Source of the DNA: Octopus sinensis
Taxonomy: Eukaryota
Direction: 5' to 3'
Assembly: GCF_006345805.1 (NCBI RefSeq)
Contig: NC_043006.1
Coordinates: 44,640,001-44,704,000, forward strand
Length of the DNA stretch: 64,000 nucleotides
How positions within the stretch are numbered: the first letter of the stretch is position 1; every line of letters starts with the position of its first letter. Positions 12,466 to 26,214 of this stretch are shown here, one piece after another. The position numbers were made by a program, and so were the translations under genes. Under the pieces are notes generated by a model, which did not search any database, was not told the origin of the DNA, and was given only the letters and a program-made list of their open reading frames with translations.

Positions 12466-12805
12466 CACTGACCCCAGGATTTATTCTCTGTAAGCCTAGT
12501 ACTTATCTTATCGGTCTCTTTTGCCAAACCGCTAAGTTATAGGGACATAAACACACCAGTATCAGTTGTCAAGCAATGTTGGGGGAACACACACACACAC
12601 ACACACATACACACATATATATACATATGTTAAACGATAGCGATACGATGGGCTTCTTTCAATTTCCATCTATCAAATCCACTCACAAGTGTTTGGTTGG
12701 CCCAAGGCTATATAGTAGAAAACACTTGGCCAAGATGCCACACAGTGGGACTGAACCCGGAACCATGTGGTTGGTAAGCAAGCTACTTATCACACAGCCA
12801 CTCCA
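12466..12805 (-). mobile_element. Family A SINE (tail truncated)
   Basis: Homologous to 10706-11075. Confidence 0.82.
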
Positions 12806-13181
12806 GAGCAGGCTGTTCCGTTGATTGGATCGACTGGAACCCTTGATATCATAACTGACAGTGGTGCCAATTGTTGGAGTAATCACTCTGAGCTCAGTAT
12901 TATTGTTTCATATTCCACTGTAGACTGAATTTACTTTGAGAACTACTGAACTGGAAAAAATAAACATTTACCGAAATTGCTGAAGTCTTTTGCTATGGGA
13001 GTAACCCTCTGGGCCTAGATTTTTTTTTTTTTTTTGAAGACTCAGAAAAAGAACTAAATTTGTGAATATGCTTCCTTTGTTACCATTTACTCCTCCCTTT
13101 TCTCTTTGTAAAATATTCAACTAAAAAAAAAAAAAGAAATTAACGTGAATTTATATATTTTAATTCTCCATTTCTTTTTAG

Positions 13182-13319
13182 AGCAAAGGAGAAGAAGTCA
13201 CACCTGATTGTTCTTTGCTTAGTGACCTGCTTTATGAATCGGAATATGAGAGCCAACTGTGGATGTTGTTTGATTCCAATAAATATTTCATCAGTGCAGG
13301 AGATGCATACCCCACACGT
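13182..13319 (+). CDS. TPP2: TPP2 window exon 9
   Basis: tttttag|AGC...CGT|gtaaga; [46 protein letters not shown]. Confidence 0.96.
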
Positions 13320-14149
13320 GTAAGATGTGTAGTCATTCTTTTGATTTTTTTCCACCTGTTTTTATTGGAATTTTTTTTGGCATTTTGGATCTTGAAGCGC
13401 ATATATATAAAGCTATAAATAATATGTAAATATTGGGTTGAAAAGCTCTTTTGGATAACCTTTTTTCTGTTCAAAAGGGGATTTCAACTCACTATTTACA
13501 TGCTCTTATTTATGGCCTTCTTTGCTTCAAGAACCACTGTTCCAAAATGGAATTATTTCACATTCTTTTGAAATTCTTATTTTTTTTTTTTTTGTCTGTT
13601 TTTCCCTTTGTGCCATTGGTTCAAAAGTCGATAAAGTTTTTACCTCTTGTTGGCCCTGATCAGTCAGGCCTCCTATGATCAAAGACATTCCAAACCGGTC
13701 TTGTTCCTATTTTTGAAGATGGCAGAATGGGATTTGAAGGAGATTTGGTTGTTATTTCTAGCAGATCAATTGACTACAGAGTAGATTCCTCACTGTCTCA
13801 CATAAACATTCCGTCATTCAATATAGTCATAATTATATCCATGGCTGCTGATAAACATTGCTGCAGAAAGTCTGGAGAGAATCTCTGCAGAATTAGTCTT
13901 GCCATTGATGTTTTAATCAGTCTTCCGATGCTTGTTGTGCACCATTCGTTAGCTATTTTCTGTCAAACATTCTGTGTCCAAAAATATTAAAAACCCCTCA
14001 TTTATTAAATGTTACTTGTGATGATGAATTTATACACAAACAGTAAATAAATTGATACAGGTCCCTTTTATTTAGATTCACATATATATCTGGAGTCAGC
14101 AGCTAAAATTCCCTTTTAGTTTGTAGATGTTCAGATGTACAATATCAAT

Positions 14150-14150
14150 A

Positions 14151-14221
<71 letters not shown>
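14150..14221. repeat. (TA)n microsatellite
   Basis: Direct reading. Confidence 0.98.
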
Positions 14222-14224
<3 letters not shown>

Positions 14225-14549
14225 GGTTATGAGAGGCAATGGTGTCAAAAAAACCCAAAGGTGTCAGGTAATGCTGAGTAAGTGCTATGGACAGACTATA
14301 GTTAAGCTCCAGGTTCAGTGATTATGCGAACGAGGAGTCCAACGTAGGTCATGACCAATTTTAAATACTATTAAATATTATTGGAACTTACACACACGGT
14401 ACAAAAAACTTATATGTATACCATTCTGCTTAAATATGGAGCTGCAGATACAGTATCCCTGCATATCTTACGTCTGTTTTCATTCCTCCACTTCACTCTG
14501 TTTCATCTCTTCTCTAGGATAACTATTGCTTAACCATTTTCTCGCACCT

Positions 14550-14595
14550 TCTCCAATGAAGGGATATATAAAATATCCCGGAAACAATTGTAAGA
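14550..14595 (+). ncRNA. Degenerate type I hammerhead ribozyme motif (Penelope/retrozyme-like)
   Basis: tct-CCAATGA-a-gggatat(ataaa)atatccc-g-GAA-ACAATTGT-A-aga. Confidence 0.55.
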
Positions 14596-15427
14596 CCTTC
14601 TCTTTATAAATATTTTGAAATCTTTCACAGCCTTGGATTTTTATCTCGTTCTATTAATTTTTTATATATATATATATATATATACACCAGTATCATTTAC
14701 AGAGCCCACACAACATGGTTGATCAGTGGGTGTGGTGGAGGGGTCTCTTAAGACAGCCTTTATATAAAGCATGGACAATCTTTTTCGAGAAGTGGACTGC
14801 ATGAGACATGGCTCATCATCTGGTGGGCTTCAAAGTAATTTTTTGTTAGGCATGCCACTCATAAAGTTCTACAGGCCTCATGACTGCTCTCTATAGTTGC
14901 TCAGTTTGTTAGAGATGGTTACAAAGCCTCATTCATATCACACCATATACCATCTTAAAAAGAAAAAAGAAGGAAAATGTAGTCTGAAATAAAGCATTAA
15001 AAAGATGTGATCATTGCTAGATTTCCATTGGTCATAGGTCTGTCTAACCAAGGCTGGCCTGAGTTTAAAAAGCACCAATAACAGCTCTAGATCCACACAC
15101 TGTTGATTCTACATTAACTTCAGCTGGAAGTAAAATTTTAGTGAGGAAATTAACCTCCAAAAAGTATACTCGATGTGCTAAAATTGTAGTCTTTTCCAGG
15201 CCACCAAAATTTATTTCTGTTGGTTTAAGCTGTTGGAAAATAAATTTTCCTTTTAGACAGGACACAAAATCTTCACAGGTAGTTTTCTTCTTTGTCTCTA
15301 TTCAGTATTGAGTTCAATACTGAGATTATTGAAATCAATAGTGCCAGCCAGTGTTGCTAGTGTACTGCTGCTGCTTACTATGGTGATTTGTATTGCTCTG
15401 TCATACCTAAATTTAAAAAAAATTTTT

Positions 15428-15724
15428 ATGCGCCCTTTTCTAGCCTAGCCAGGCTCATGGGCCCAGTTTCCCGGTTTCTATGGCTTATGTGTTCCCCCCA
15501 GTTGGATGGGACGTCAGTCCATCGCAGCGTTAGTCAAGAAACAGGAAGAAAGAGTGAAAGTTGAGGCGAAATAGTACAACAGGTCGCCACCAACCCCTGC
15601 CAGAGCCACGTGGAGCTTTAGGTGTTTTTGCTCAATAAACACACAACACCCGGTCTGGGAATTGAAACCGTGATCCTCTGACCTGAGTCTGCTGCCCTAA
15701 CCACTGGGCCATTGCACCTCCACC
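15428..15724 (-). mobile_element. tRNA-derived SINE, family D
   Basis: Minus strand: GGAGGTGCAATGGCCCAGTGGTTAGGGCAGCAGACTC...GGTTTCAATTCC...aaacacctaaagctccac. Confidence 0.8.
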
Positions 15725-16467
15725 ATACCTAAATTACTGGAACTAAGTGACTCAACATGATTAAATAATGGATTAATTAACATAGTGTTTACCTATTTTG
15801 ATGCTCTCAGTATGTCAACTATTTTTAAGGATTGGCAGCTTTTTGTTTTTCTTTTTAGCCATCCTCTTTGGAACTGCTTTACAATTTTTACTGAGCCTTA
15901 ATCTGGATAATAGGCACTTTCTTAGTGGTTTCACATGGGATAGGTCAACTCTCTCCCACTCCTACACTTTGTTTACCAGGATGACACTTTAATGACACTT
16001 CCTAATTCCCTCACCCTTCTTTTCCCTGACAATATGGGCATGTACATCAGTTTCATCTGACACATTTCTCTCCAATGAGATCCTAGTTTTCACAGTACCT
16101 TACTGTTCAAAATTCTTTGCACCTCTCCTCACAATGCAGGATATAAGTAATTTGGTATGTACTCTCAGGTCATTTCCTTGTTAAATAAAGTTACCACCTA
16201 GTTTTCCCATATAACTTGCTGGGCATCATTCCCTGCTCTCCTCTTTCTTTGCAGTTGGTCAGCTCTACGTATCCACTACATTAACTTATTTAGCAACCCA
16301 CTTCCTGTTGAGTCATGAAAATGGCACCTGTGTTGATTCTCTGCCTATCTCTTTCTTTCAGAATGATTGTCATCAAATTATATGCCGAACAAATGGCTCT
16401 CTTAACCATCCCTAACTCATATTTTCTTTCCTTCTAGCAAATATCTTTAACCTTTTGCTTGTTTTCA

Positions 16468-16750
16468 TCCTTGGTCTGTGGCCATGCTGGGGTACTGCTA
16501 TGAAGGGTTTGATTTGATTGATCAGTCTCTTTTGCTGAGCTGAAGGGATGTAAACAAACTAACACTGGTTGTCAAATAGTAGTGGGGTATAAAGGCAACA
16601 CCTGTCGGGCTTCTTTCAGTTCCTGTCTATCAAATCCACTCACTAGGCTTTAGCTGGCCTGGGGTTATAGTGGAAGACACTTGTCCGAGGTATTGTGCAG
16701 TGGGACTGAACTGAAGACCATATGGTTAGGAAGCAGGCTTTTAAACACAT
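16468..16750 (-). mobile_element. Family A SINE, diverged
   Basis: ccatgctggggtactgc...gggcttctttcagttcctgtctatcaaatccac...gtgggactgaac. Confidence 0.7.
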
Positions 16751-16811
16751 TAATACATTGATTTCTGATAAATGGTAAAGCTAACAAATCCAAATGTTTG
16801 TTGTATTGCAG

Positions 16812-17059
16812 TATAGTGTCAAGCTGGAGAAAGGAGACTATGTAATTCTACTACAGATCCGACACGACAATCGTGAAATGGTGGAGAAACTGAAAGACAC
16901 TGTCCTGGTTCTACACCATCGACTGCAGAATGCACTTTTCCTGGACATCCACGCATGTTGGCAGAACACACTTTCACCACAAGCCAAAAAATTATGCTCC
17001 CTGTGTGCCCACAAAGGCACCACATATCCATTATTTTTCTGTCCTTTACCAGACGATAA
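16812..17059 (+). CDS. TPP2: TPP2 window exon 10
   Basis: attgcag|TAT...AA|gtaagt; YSVKLEKGDYVILLQIRHDNREMVEKLKD...FFCPLPDDK. Confidence 0.96.
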
Positions 17060-17802
17060 GTAAGTTTCTTGAGGAAATATTTGTTTGTTTTCCACTCTTT
17101 TCAGCTTATTATTTTTTTTGTACTGAAATGAATTTCTTTTAATTTTTAGAAACATAAAAAATTTTTTTTATTCTAATTATAAAAAATTATCATATCTTTT
17201 TATCTCAACTTAAAATTTTTTTTTTTTTTATTTGAGTATAAGGTTGGCTGTCTTTCCAAATCTGTCATAAATATAAATAAAACAAGTTTCAGTAACTGAC
17301 AAAATCCAAGTCTTTTGTAAAAATGCAAATTGGTGGAGTTGTTAGAACACTGGATGAAATGTGTTGTGGTATTTATTCTGGTTGTTTGGGTTCTAAGTTC
17401 AAATCCAACCAAAGTAATTTCTTTTCTTTTTTCCATTATTTTGGGATTTCTAAATAAAGTATTAGTCTAAGGTAGAATTGTTCATGTGTTAGATGGGATG
17501 TGTTATTGTATTGTTTTCAAATCTTTGTCTTCTGGGTTCAAATCTTGCCAAACCTTTTTTTTTTTTTAACATTCTTTTAGGATTTATAACTAAAGTACTA
17601 GGTTAAGGTTGAACTGTTAGTTTCAGATCTCTCTGTTCTGGTTTCAAATCTTGTAGTCTGCTCCAGTGCTCTGCAACTGGTATGCTGCGGCAAATTGGTG
17701 TGCCATAAAACGATGCTAGGTATGCTGCAGTGTAACCTGAATGTAAATTTTTCCCTACATTTTTAATTATATTTTTAGTCCAGATGTGCTGCCGAATTAA
17801 TG

Positions 17803-18035
17803 CCTGGTACTTATTCTATCGGTCTCTCTTGCTGAACCGCTAAGTCATGGGCATATAAACAGACCAACACTGGTTGCCACACACAAACATATATATATGA
17901 CAAGCTTCTTTCTGTCCACCAAATCCATTCAGAAGACTTTGGTTGGCCAGAAGACACTTGCTCAAAGCACCATACAGGGGTACTGAACCCAGAACCATGT
18001 AGATGGGAAGCAAGCTTCTTACCATACAGCCAAGC
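17803..18035 (-). mobile_element. Family A SINE, partial
   Basis: tacttattctatcggtctc...ctgaacccagaaccatgt. Confidence 0.72.
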
Positions 18036-18046
18036 TGTGTGATATA

Positions 18047-18720
18047 TCATCATCATCATCATCATTGTTTAACGTCCACTTTCCATGCTGTCATGGGTTG
18101 GATGGTTTGACTGAGGACTGGCAAGCCAGGAGGCTGCACCAGGCTCCACTCTGATCTGGCAAGATTTCTACAGCTGAATGCCCTTTCTAACGCCAACCAC
18201 TCCAAGAGTATAGTGGATGCCTTTTATGTGCCACTGGCATGGGAGCCAGTCAGGCGACACTGGCATCAACCATACCTGTATGGTGCTTTTTACATGTCAC
18301 CAGCATGGGAGCCGATCTGATGGCACTGGCATTGACCACGCTCGAACGGTGCTTTTTATGTGCCACCAGCACAAGAGCCATTCTGGCGGCACTGGCATTG
18401 ACCACGCTCGAATGGTGCTCTTTATGTGCCATTGGTATGGGTGCCAGTCAGGCGGTACTGGCATCAGCCATGACAGCGATTTTACTTGACTCAATAGGTC
18501 TTCTCAAGCACAGCACATTGCCCGACGATTGAAGGAAACTCTTAAATGAGCTGGTTATGTGATACTGGCATAGGCCATAGCTACGATCTCATTTAGCTTG
18601 CTAGGTCTTCTCAAGCACAGCATATCTCTAAAGGTCTTCGTCACTTGCCATTGCTTCAGTGAGGCCCAACATTTGAAGGTCATGCTTCATATCATATTTA
18701 CTTGGGTTTAAGTCACATCC
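18047..18720 (-). mobile_element. Family B element with four internal ~66-bp subrepeats
   Basis: (CAT)n tail, AGGAAGGGCATCCAGCTGTAGAAA core (on minus), subrepeats starting near 18222/18287/18354/18421. Confidence 0.8.
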
Positions 18721-18990
18721 CTAATTTACTGTTGAATCTTGGTATGAAACTTTTCCACTTCATAGTTTTAGCTTCGCACTATGTAGCTGTTGCATCCCAG
18801 TATTTTTTCAGTTAAAATCAAGGATAAAATAGTGCAGGATATACACAAGTAAATACAGAATATCTAAGCTGGAACCTTACACTCATGTATATCTAACTAA
18901 TCAATGCAATACATATTTAGATACAAGAAATATATACCCATCAGTTAAAATTTACTCCTCTATATAAATATCACTTATTTTTCATTTCAG

Positions 18991-19069
18991 ACTTCCTAAG
19001 TCACACGGCCCTGGAAATTACCTAACTGGCTCATTGTTTGTTTTGAAAGATGAACCTCTCAAAAAATCT
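18991..19069 (+). CDS. TPP2: TPP2 window exon 11
   Basis: atttcag|A...TCT|gtaagc; LPKSHGPGNYLTGSLFVLKDEPLKKS. Confidence 0.93.
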
Positions 19070-19747
19070 GTAAGCACCATTGTTTACCGTTTTGTTGCTT
19101 GAGCTGGCAGTGAGTCAGATGAAGCTCATAAGATGAGCTTTGTATTGCTCACTGCTAGTATAGTTTTGCTGAGCTTCAGCTGATCCAATATAAGTATTGT
19201 TCAGTTGAGCTTGGACCCTGTTGATGTATGTGTGTTGTGTAATTGAAATAAAAAGACGTGAGAAGGGGATGGACAAAATTCTTACATCATATCGTCGTCA
19301 TTTAACATTTACTTTTTCTATGCTTGCATCAGTCAGATGGAATTTGTTGAGGCAAATTTTCTATAGCTGGATGCTCTTCCTGTCACCAGTCCTCACCTAT
19401 TACCACTTGTGTGTGTAGGTGTGTGTATATTATATAATTATGTTATATATTATATATGTATATTTATGTTTATATTAATGTATATATGTATGTGCATGTA
19501 TATATAAGTGTGCATGTGTGTTGTGCATACCTTTATCTATAGCCTGGCACTATAGTAGAAAACATTTGCCTAAGGTGCCAGGCAATGGAACTGAACCCAA
19601 GACCACGTGGTTGGGAAGCAAGCTTTTCAACAACACAGCTACACCGGCACCTATAATTTCTCTTTTTTAAATAACTTACCTATATTTGAGGCATGGCTTG
19701 TCAAATTTACAACCAGCCAGTGGACATCTAAAATTGTTGATCTAGTA

Positions 19748-20146
19748 GAGTGGTTTTCAACCATTTTTTGCCTATGGATCCCTTTGATTATTATTTTAGT
19801 ATTCCCACCCTCACCTAGCCATTCTATATTTAAAAACTAGTTTTATAAACACTTCTTTCAAAGTTCCTATTTTTCACATGCTCACTTATGTAGATTTGCA
19901 ATAGCACTCTCTGAGAGAACATGTTTCACTGGCTGGAGACCAGCCAGTGAATTATGTCGAATTATGTCAAGCGTTAGAGAAAGAAACCCAGCTGTTTCTC
20001 ACAGTACATAAATACATTTCGTACAAAATCTTTACATGGTCTCTTGAAGTATTACTACTGTGGGTCTCCAATTTACTATTGCACGAACCCCCAAAGATCT
20101 TATACGAAACTTCAGGGGTCATATAATCCCCCGTTGAGAATCATTT
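19748..20146. mobile_element. hAT MITE, same family as 27054-27382, opposite orientation
   Basis: gagtggttttcaacc ... gttgagaatcatt; shares aaaactagtttt and gaaacccagctgtt segments. Confidence 0.7.
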
Positions 20147-20641
20147 ATCTAGCATTTATTGAAAGTCTAAAATTGACTTTGTTGCACTTAATCAGTAACT
20201 GAAATCACAATCTTAAGTCAGGAGTCTTACTTTGTGGTATACAGAGCCATGTCATTCAGTTTGACATTGTATTATGTTATTCGCTAAAGCACTTCACCTG
20301 TTTTACTTCAGTCTGCCTACCTAAGGAAGAAGTATTAGTTATACTTAACAGCTGGTTTCTGCATAGGAGTTAGGTTTACATTAAATTAGCCTTTCCATAC
20401 GGTGCCACATAAAAGCACCCATGTGGTGCCACATAATAGTTTCTGTGCAGTGCCATGTAAAAGCATACAGCACACTCTGTAAAGTGGTTGGCGTTAGGAA
20501 GGTCATCCAGCTGTAGAAACCGTGCCAAATCAGACTGGAGCCTGGTGTAGCCTTTCAGCTTGCCAGCTCTGGTTGAACCTTTCAACCCATGCCAGCATGG
20601 ACAACAGACATTAAATGATGATAAATGCTGTTAATCTAGAT

Positions 20642-20930
20642 CAGTGCTTCCCAGAGTGGACGGTACAACCTCCTTGGGGGAAGTGGAAAGATCCAGGGAG
20701 TGAGGCGTTGAAGAAAAGTGGGGGTGATAATGGAATGGGTAAAAATGGGCAATGGATGTAAAAAACTCAAAATAATGGGTTAATTTGATTAAGTTTTATT
20801 TGTGAAATACAGTTGTTTTTAATTTGCTGCAGAAAGTGGTCTGTGTTTGTGGTGGTGAGTTTGGGGAGGCACTAGGAGTGTGGCCTGGGAGTCAAGGGAG
20901 TAGCAACTTGGAAAAGTTTGGGAACCACTG
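20642..20930. mobile_element. hAT (Charlie-type) MITE
   Basis: TIR CAGTGCTTCCCA/TGGGAACCACTG; 8-bp TSD atctagat/atctaggt matches the Charlie-type NTCTAGAN target. Confidence 0.85.
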
Positions 20931-23900
20931 ATCTAGGTCCATTGGCGTTGTTATTTTCATTTACTATAGGCACAAGGCTTGAAACTTTTGGGGTCGGGAC
21001 TGGTTCATAACATCAACCCCAGTCTTCAACACCTCGACTGATAATTTTTTGATCCTGAAAGGATGTAAGGCTGTGTTTACCTTGGTGTCATTTGAAATAA
21101 GAATGTAAAGCTGAATGAAATTATCTGAAACATTGCCAATTCTACCAGCTTGCTGCCTTCACCAGTGTTGTTATTGAAACAACATTGTTGTAACCTTAGG
21201 AAAAATTGATTCCGTATCTTGTTTTGTTATATTACAGACTATTTGTTCAGACCAGGTTGGGAAGGGCGGGTGTCTCTCTAATCTTAAACTTATCACCATC
21301 GTCACCATCAAATTAACAAAAGAGTCTCTACATGGGCACTCAACCCTACCTGCTAGAAATAGCAACCATAACTCCCTCACAATCACATTCTACTATCTTA
21401 GAAGATACTTTGGATAATGTTATCTTTGCTATACAAAAAGAAAGGATGGTCATGTTTGGAACATCTTTCACTCAATCAGGTCAGTAGTAAAAGGTTAGAA
21501 TCTGGGAAACGAGTGATGTTCTGTGCTAACATCTTATCATTAGTGGTAGCTAAATACACAACACACCTGTGCGTAGACATGCAAATATGCTGAGACATGC
21601 TCTAGCACTCCCAAAAGTTACACACACATACACACACACACATACACACACACACACACACACACTCTTCTTTGGTTGTTCTGTTTCCTTTACCAACTTC
21701 ACCACTCCGAAAAAAAAAATAAAAGAACAATAAAAATACTAAAAACATTACAGGTTATCCTGCTCCTCCCGTTAACATACCAATCAGTCAAATGTGAACA
21801 CGTGTTTGAACTTCTCTATTGAAATGAACTTCTTCTCCAATGTGAACGTTCATGGTTACTCTATGCATTTTGCACACACGCAAAATGTGTCTTCACATTC
21901 CAATACACACACACACGCGCCCACATTAAACAATGTTATTTAATCTACACACACATACACACAAAACACAATACAATTATGCATTCACACCTATGCAGAT
22001 ATACGCACATATATACTTGTCTGACTTGAACCAAAATACTTGAGTTATGCTGCATGTACATATGCAACAAACACAATTTTTATTGCACACAGAAGCACAC
22101 TAAACAATGCCACTGTATACCACACCCTGGCATATATATTTACGCATGCACACACACACACAACACATAATGTTCACTCTCTCACACGGACACTAACAAA
22201 CATATTCCAATTTTCACACACACACACACAGAGCTATACCCACGAATACAGTCTCACTACACATACACTCGATTAAACACACAAAAGCAGCCAGACTGCA
22301 TGTTTTCTATCAAGTGCATACACACACTCCTTCTGATGCCACTTCAAAGGACAGCATACCTTTCTTTCCTCCTTTCCTCTTTATAAAACATTTCTCTCTT
22401 TTGCTATTTCTCTCTCCTCCCCCCCCTTCGTATATTCATTATTCCCCTTTCATATGTATACTTCCCATGATAAATTTTTTTGTACTCTTCTACCTCTGTT
22501 CTCTCAACAATTTTAGCCTTACAGTCCAGAACACTCCTATACTTGAGTTTCTCATGTTGTCGCAGTTCTTTAAGTTAATTTTTCTGCTAAATCATCATCA
22601 TCGTTGTTTAACGTCTGCCTTCCATGCTAGCATGGATGGTTTCACAAGAGCCAGCCAGGCAGAAACCTGCACCAAACTGCTGTGACTGTTTTGGCAGGAT
22701 TTTTACAGCTTGATGCCCTTCCTAACACCAACCACTCAGCAGAGTGGTCTTAGTGCTTTTTATGTGGCACAAGCACAGGCAAGGTCAGTTTTGATAAGGT
22801 TTTTACAGCTGGATGCCCCTTTGAATGCCAACCACATTACAGTGTGGACTGGGTGCTTTTAAGTGGCACAAGCACTGACAAGGTCACCAAGTACTTGCAA
22901 GACAAAAAAAAACTTATTGGAGGAGGTGATCTTGTGTCAAATGATGAAAGGTTATATTGAGACAGACAGACAGAAACAGTTGCCTCCCTGGCGAGAGAGA
23001 GATGAGGAATGAAGACAAAACCAGGTGCACTACTGCAAAGGAAATGCATGGTTACCCAACCTGAGGGAAGTGCAGGAGAGGGAGGGAGAGAGTGAGAGGC
23101 AGCAGGATAGAGATGGTGGGGAGATGCCAGGCATGCTCACAAGGGATGGGGAACCGAATATAAATGGGATGGTTGAGTAAAGGAAGCGAGAGATATAGAT
23201 GGTAGCAAGTGCTAGGGCATATTCTTGAGGTTTGAAATGCCATAATATAAGTGGCTTGGAACACCCTTACTGCTCCTTCCAGAATATTACCTTTTTTTTC
23301 CTTCTTCAAGAAACTTTGCCAGATCAGATTGGAGCCTGGTGCAGCCTTCTAGCTTGCCAGTTCTCCATCAAACCGTCCAACTCATGCCATCATGGAAAGC
23401 AGGCGTTAAACGATGATAAAGATGATGATTCACCTCCACTCAACTTATTTGTGTTTGAAAACGGTTCCCAGCCTTCTTCCCTACTTCCTACTTCACCTAC
23501 CTGTCTTTCACTATTTCAACTACCTTTTATCTTACCTTAGCCACATCTTGCCTACAGTCTACTTCTCCTCATATCTTACATTTCCTACTCTACACAGTTC
23601 ACCTCATACTGACTTCCCACACATCACTTCTCCTCTGCTTTTAGCTTCTCATTCATAATTTTGTAGCTTAGAAATAAGACCTTTATTTTCTTCTCTCTAC
23701 CATTCTCTCTGTAAAAACTCAAGCATCTGATTAATTCCTCCTCACAACATTAAACTGCTTTGTTGATTTGTAAGCATTCTGTGTGACATCAAGCATGTCA
23801 GCATTTGGTAAGCCCACAATAATTCAATTGTTGCTCAAACTGCGGAAAATAGCAGTCAAAACTTTCACAGATCACATCCTTAAATAAAGGCTGCAATACG

Positions 23901-24282
23901 AAATTAATTTCTCCATTGATTTCCCAGTTATAAAATGACAATGATTTCTGATGGACATTTTCAAAAATACAAAAAAGAAAAGACCACCCACCCCTAAAAA
24001 TACAAAATAATAACAAACAAAATAACAACAACCAAGATGACCACTTGTTTGTATGAAAATAATAATTTCTGAATATACACAGTACATAAAGACATTTGAA
24101 GTGAAATATGTTTGGGAATAAATAAGAATTATAATATTGTAGTAGGGTATGTACTTACCACAAAAGATGTTGATGAGGGATACTATCTTCCATCTTATCT
24201 TCCCACAACATCTCTTCCTATTACAAACTATTCACACATGAAACTTGAAGTAGCTCACATATAGCTCCTGTATATATTATAT

Positions 24283-24335
<53 letters not shown>

Positions 24336-24337
<2 letters not shown>

Positions 24338-24699
24338 TCATCATCATCATCGTTTAATGTCTGCTTTCCATGCTAGCATGGATTGGACGATTGACAGAGG
24401 GCTGGCGAGCCAGATGGCTGCACCAGGCTCCAATCTTGATCTGGCAGAGTTTCTACAGCTGGATGCCCTTCCTAACGCCAACCACTCTGAAAGTGTAGTG
24501 GGTGCTTTTACGTGCCACCGGCATGGGGGCCAGTCAGGTGGTACTGGCAACGACCTTGCTCGAAAGTTTTTTCACATGCCACCGGCACAAGTACCAGTGA
24601 GGTGACGCTGGTAACGATCATGCTTGAATGGTGCCCTTTACGTGTCACTGGCACAGAAGCCAGTTAGCCACTCTGGCAATGGATGGTGCACTTAGCACC

Positions 24700-24700
<1 letters not shown>
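24336..24700 (-). mobile_element. Family B element between (TA)n tracts
   Basis: Near-identical tail to 4968-5100. Confidence 0.82.
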
Positions 24701-24733
<33 letters not shown>

Positions 24734-25538
24734 GGTGCTAAGAGCACCATTCGAGCGTGATCGTTGTCAGAGCAGTTAACTGGCTTCCATGTGTGAAAGC
24801 ATGTGTGTGAAAGCATGTGTGTGAAAGTTTGTCCTTGTTTTGTCATTGCATTATAGCTATAAACAGGCATCACTGTTGTTTGTTTCCAGTCTTGCATGAA
24901 AACATGTTTGACCAAGGTGAACTTTACATGGAAACAGATGAGAGTTGGTTACAGACAGGGCATCTAGCTGTAGAAAATCTGTCTCAAGGAATTCTGTTTG
25001 ACTTGTTTAAGCATAGAAAGGTGGACATTAAAAGACGACAATGCTGATTATTAATATGAAAGAATGCTGTGATAGATATGACAGCTGTAACTTTTCATCC
25101 AGTTTTCAAACTGTCATCATTATCACCTTCACTCTCCTCTCCATCTCTCTGTCATTATATCTCTCTTGGTGTGTGTTTCTTGTTCTTTAGCTCCCTATGC
25201 TAGGGAGAGAAAGACAGATACAAAGTTTAGAGAGTTTGACAAAGGATGAAAGAAGAAAAGGAGAAAAACAGTTTGATGTCATACATATGTACTACTATCT
25301 TCATAATCATAACTACCACATTTTTATTTAAAGCAGTAAAGTGTAATTTGGTGGGAATTTAGGTGGTACTTCAAGCAATTTGCGCCATCAGTTTGAGACA
25401 CCCTTTTCACAAGATCGCTATTATAACCTGGTTGCTTCCATGCCAATAAAAGGAAACCCCTCCCCTCCCAAAACTCCAAATGTGGAGCCAATAATGATCT
25501 CTAAGTAGTAAATTAGTGTTTTTTTTTTTCTTTTGCAG

Positions 25539-25684
25539 ACCTCTGTGCCTTTCAAGTATATTCTCACGGAATTGGTGAAGAAGCCTAAAAACTCCAATGG
25601 CAAAAACAAAGAAAGCAAGGAGAAAACAGCTGAGGAAGAATATGAAGAAGCTTTACGTGATTTAAAAATTTCTTGGTTGACAAA
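25539..25684 (+). CDS. TPP2: TPP2 window exon 12
   Basis: tttgcag|ACC...AA|gtaatt; TSVPFKYILTELVKKPKNSNGKNKESKEKTAEEEYEEALRDLKISWLTK. Confidence 0.95.
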
Positions 25685-25736
25685 GTAATTACATTATTTG
25701 CATTAAAGTTCCCCTCTCAATATTAATTACTGGTAC

Positions 25737-25970
25737 AAGGCGGAGAGCTGGCAGAATCATTAGCATGCTGGGCAAAATGCTTAGTGGCATTTTGTCTGTC
25801 CTTATGTTCTGTGTTCAAATTCTGCCAAAGTTGACTCTGGCTTTCATCATTTTGAGGTTGATAAAATAAGTACCAGTTGAGCAATAGGGGCTGATGTAAT
25901 CAACTTAGCTCAACTTAGCCCCTCCCTCAAAAGTGTTGGCCCTGTGCCAAAATTTAAAACCAGTATTAAT
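25737..25970 (+). mobile_element. Family C SINE
   Basis: aaggcggagagctggcagaatcattagcatgc...ctttcatcattttgaggttgataaaataagtaccag. Confidence 0.8.
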
Positions 25971-26214
25971 TACTGGTTCTCATTCTTCTTTCTTTTTTCT
26001 ATAGCCTTTCCTTCCTTACTTATTTCCTTCTTTCATTCTTCCTCTTTTATAAGCTTTCTGTTCTTTTTTTCTTCATTTTTTTTTATATAGTCCTTCTTTC
26101 CTTTTATTCCTTCTCTTTTCTAATCTTCCTGTTTTTCTTGCCTTCCTTTATTTTTTTAAAATAGTCTTTCCCTCTCTATTTCCTTCTTTCCTTCATCCTC
26201 TTTTCTAGGCTTCC

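Noticed and set aside
13660-13980. Possible nested antisense exon or additional SINE family (similar bits at 21270-21360, 30340-30480, 62900-63090)
   Set aside because: Shared CTGCTAGAAATAGC-like segments suggest an old repeat, but boundaries and class could not be supported.
19070-25538. Cassette micro-exon equivalent to the 13-aa insert of mammalian TPP2 (this phase-0 intron is at the matching position)
   Set aside because: No convincing AG...GT candidate with a good pyrimidine tract and donor was found by eye; RNA-seq would be needed.
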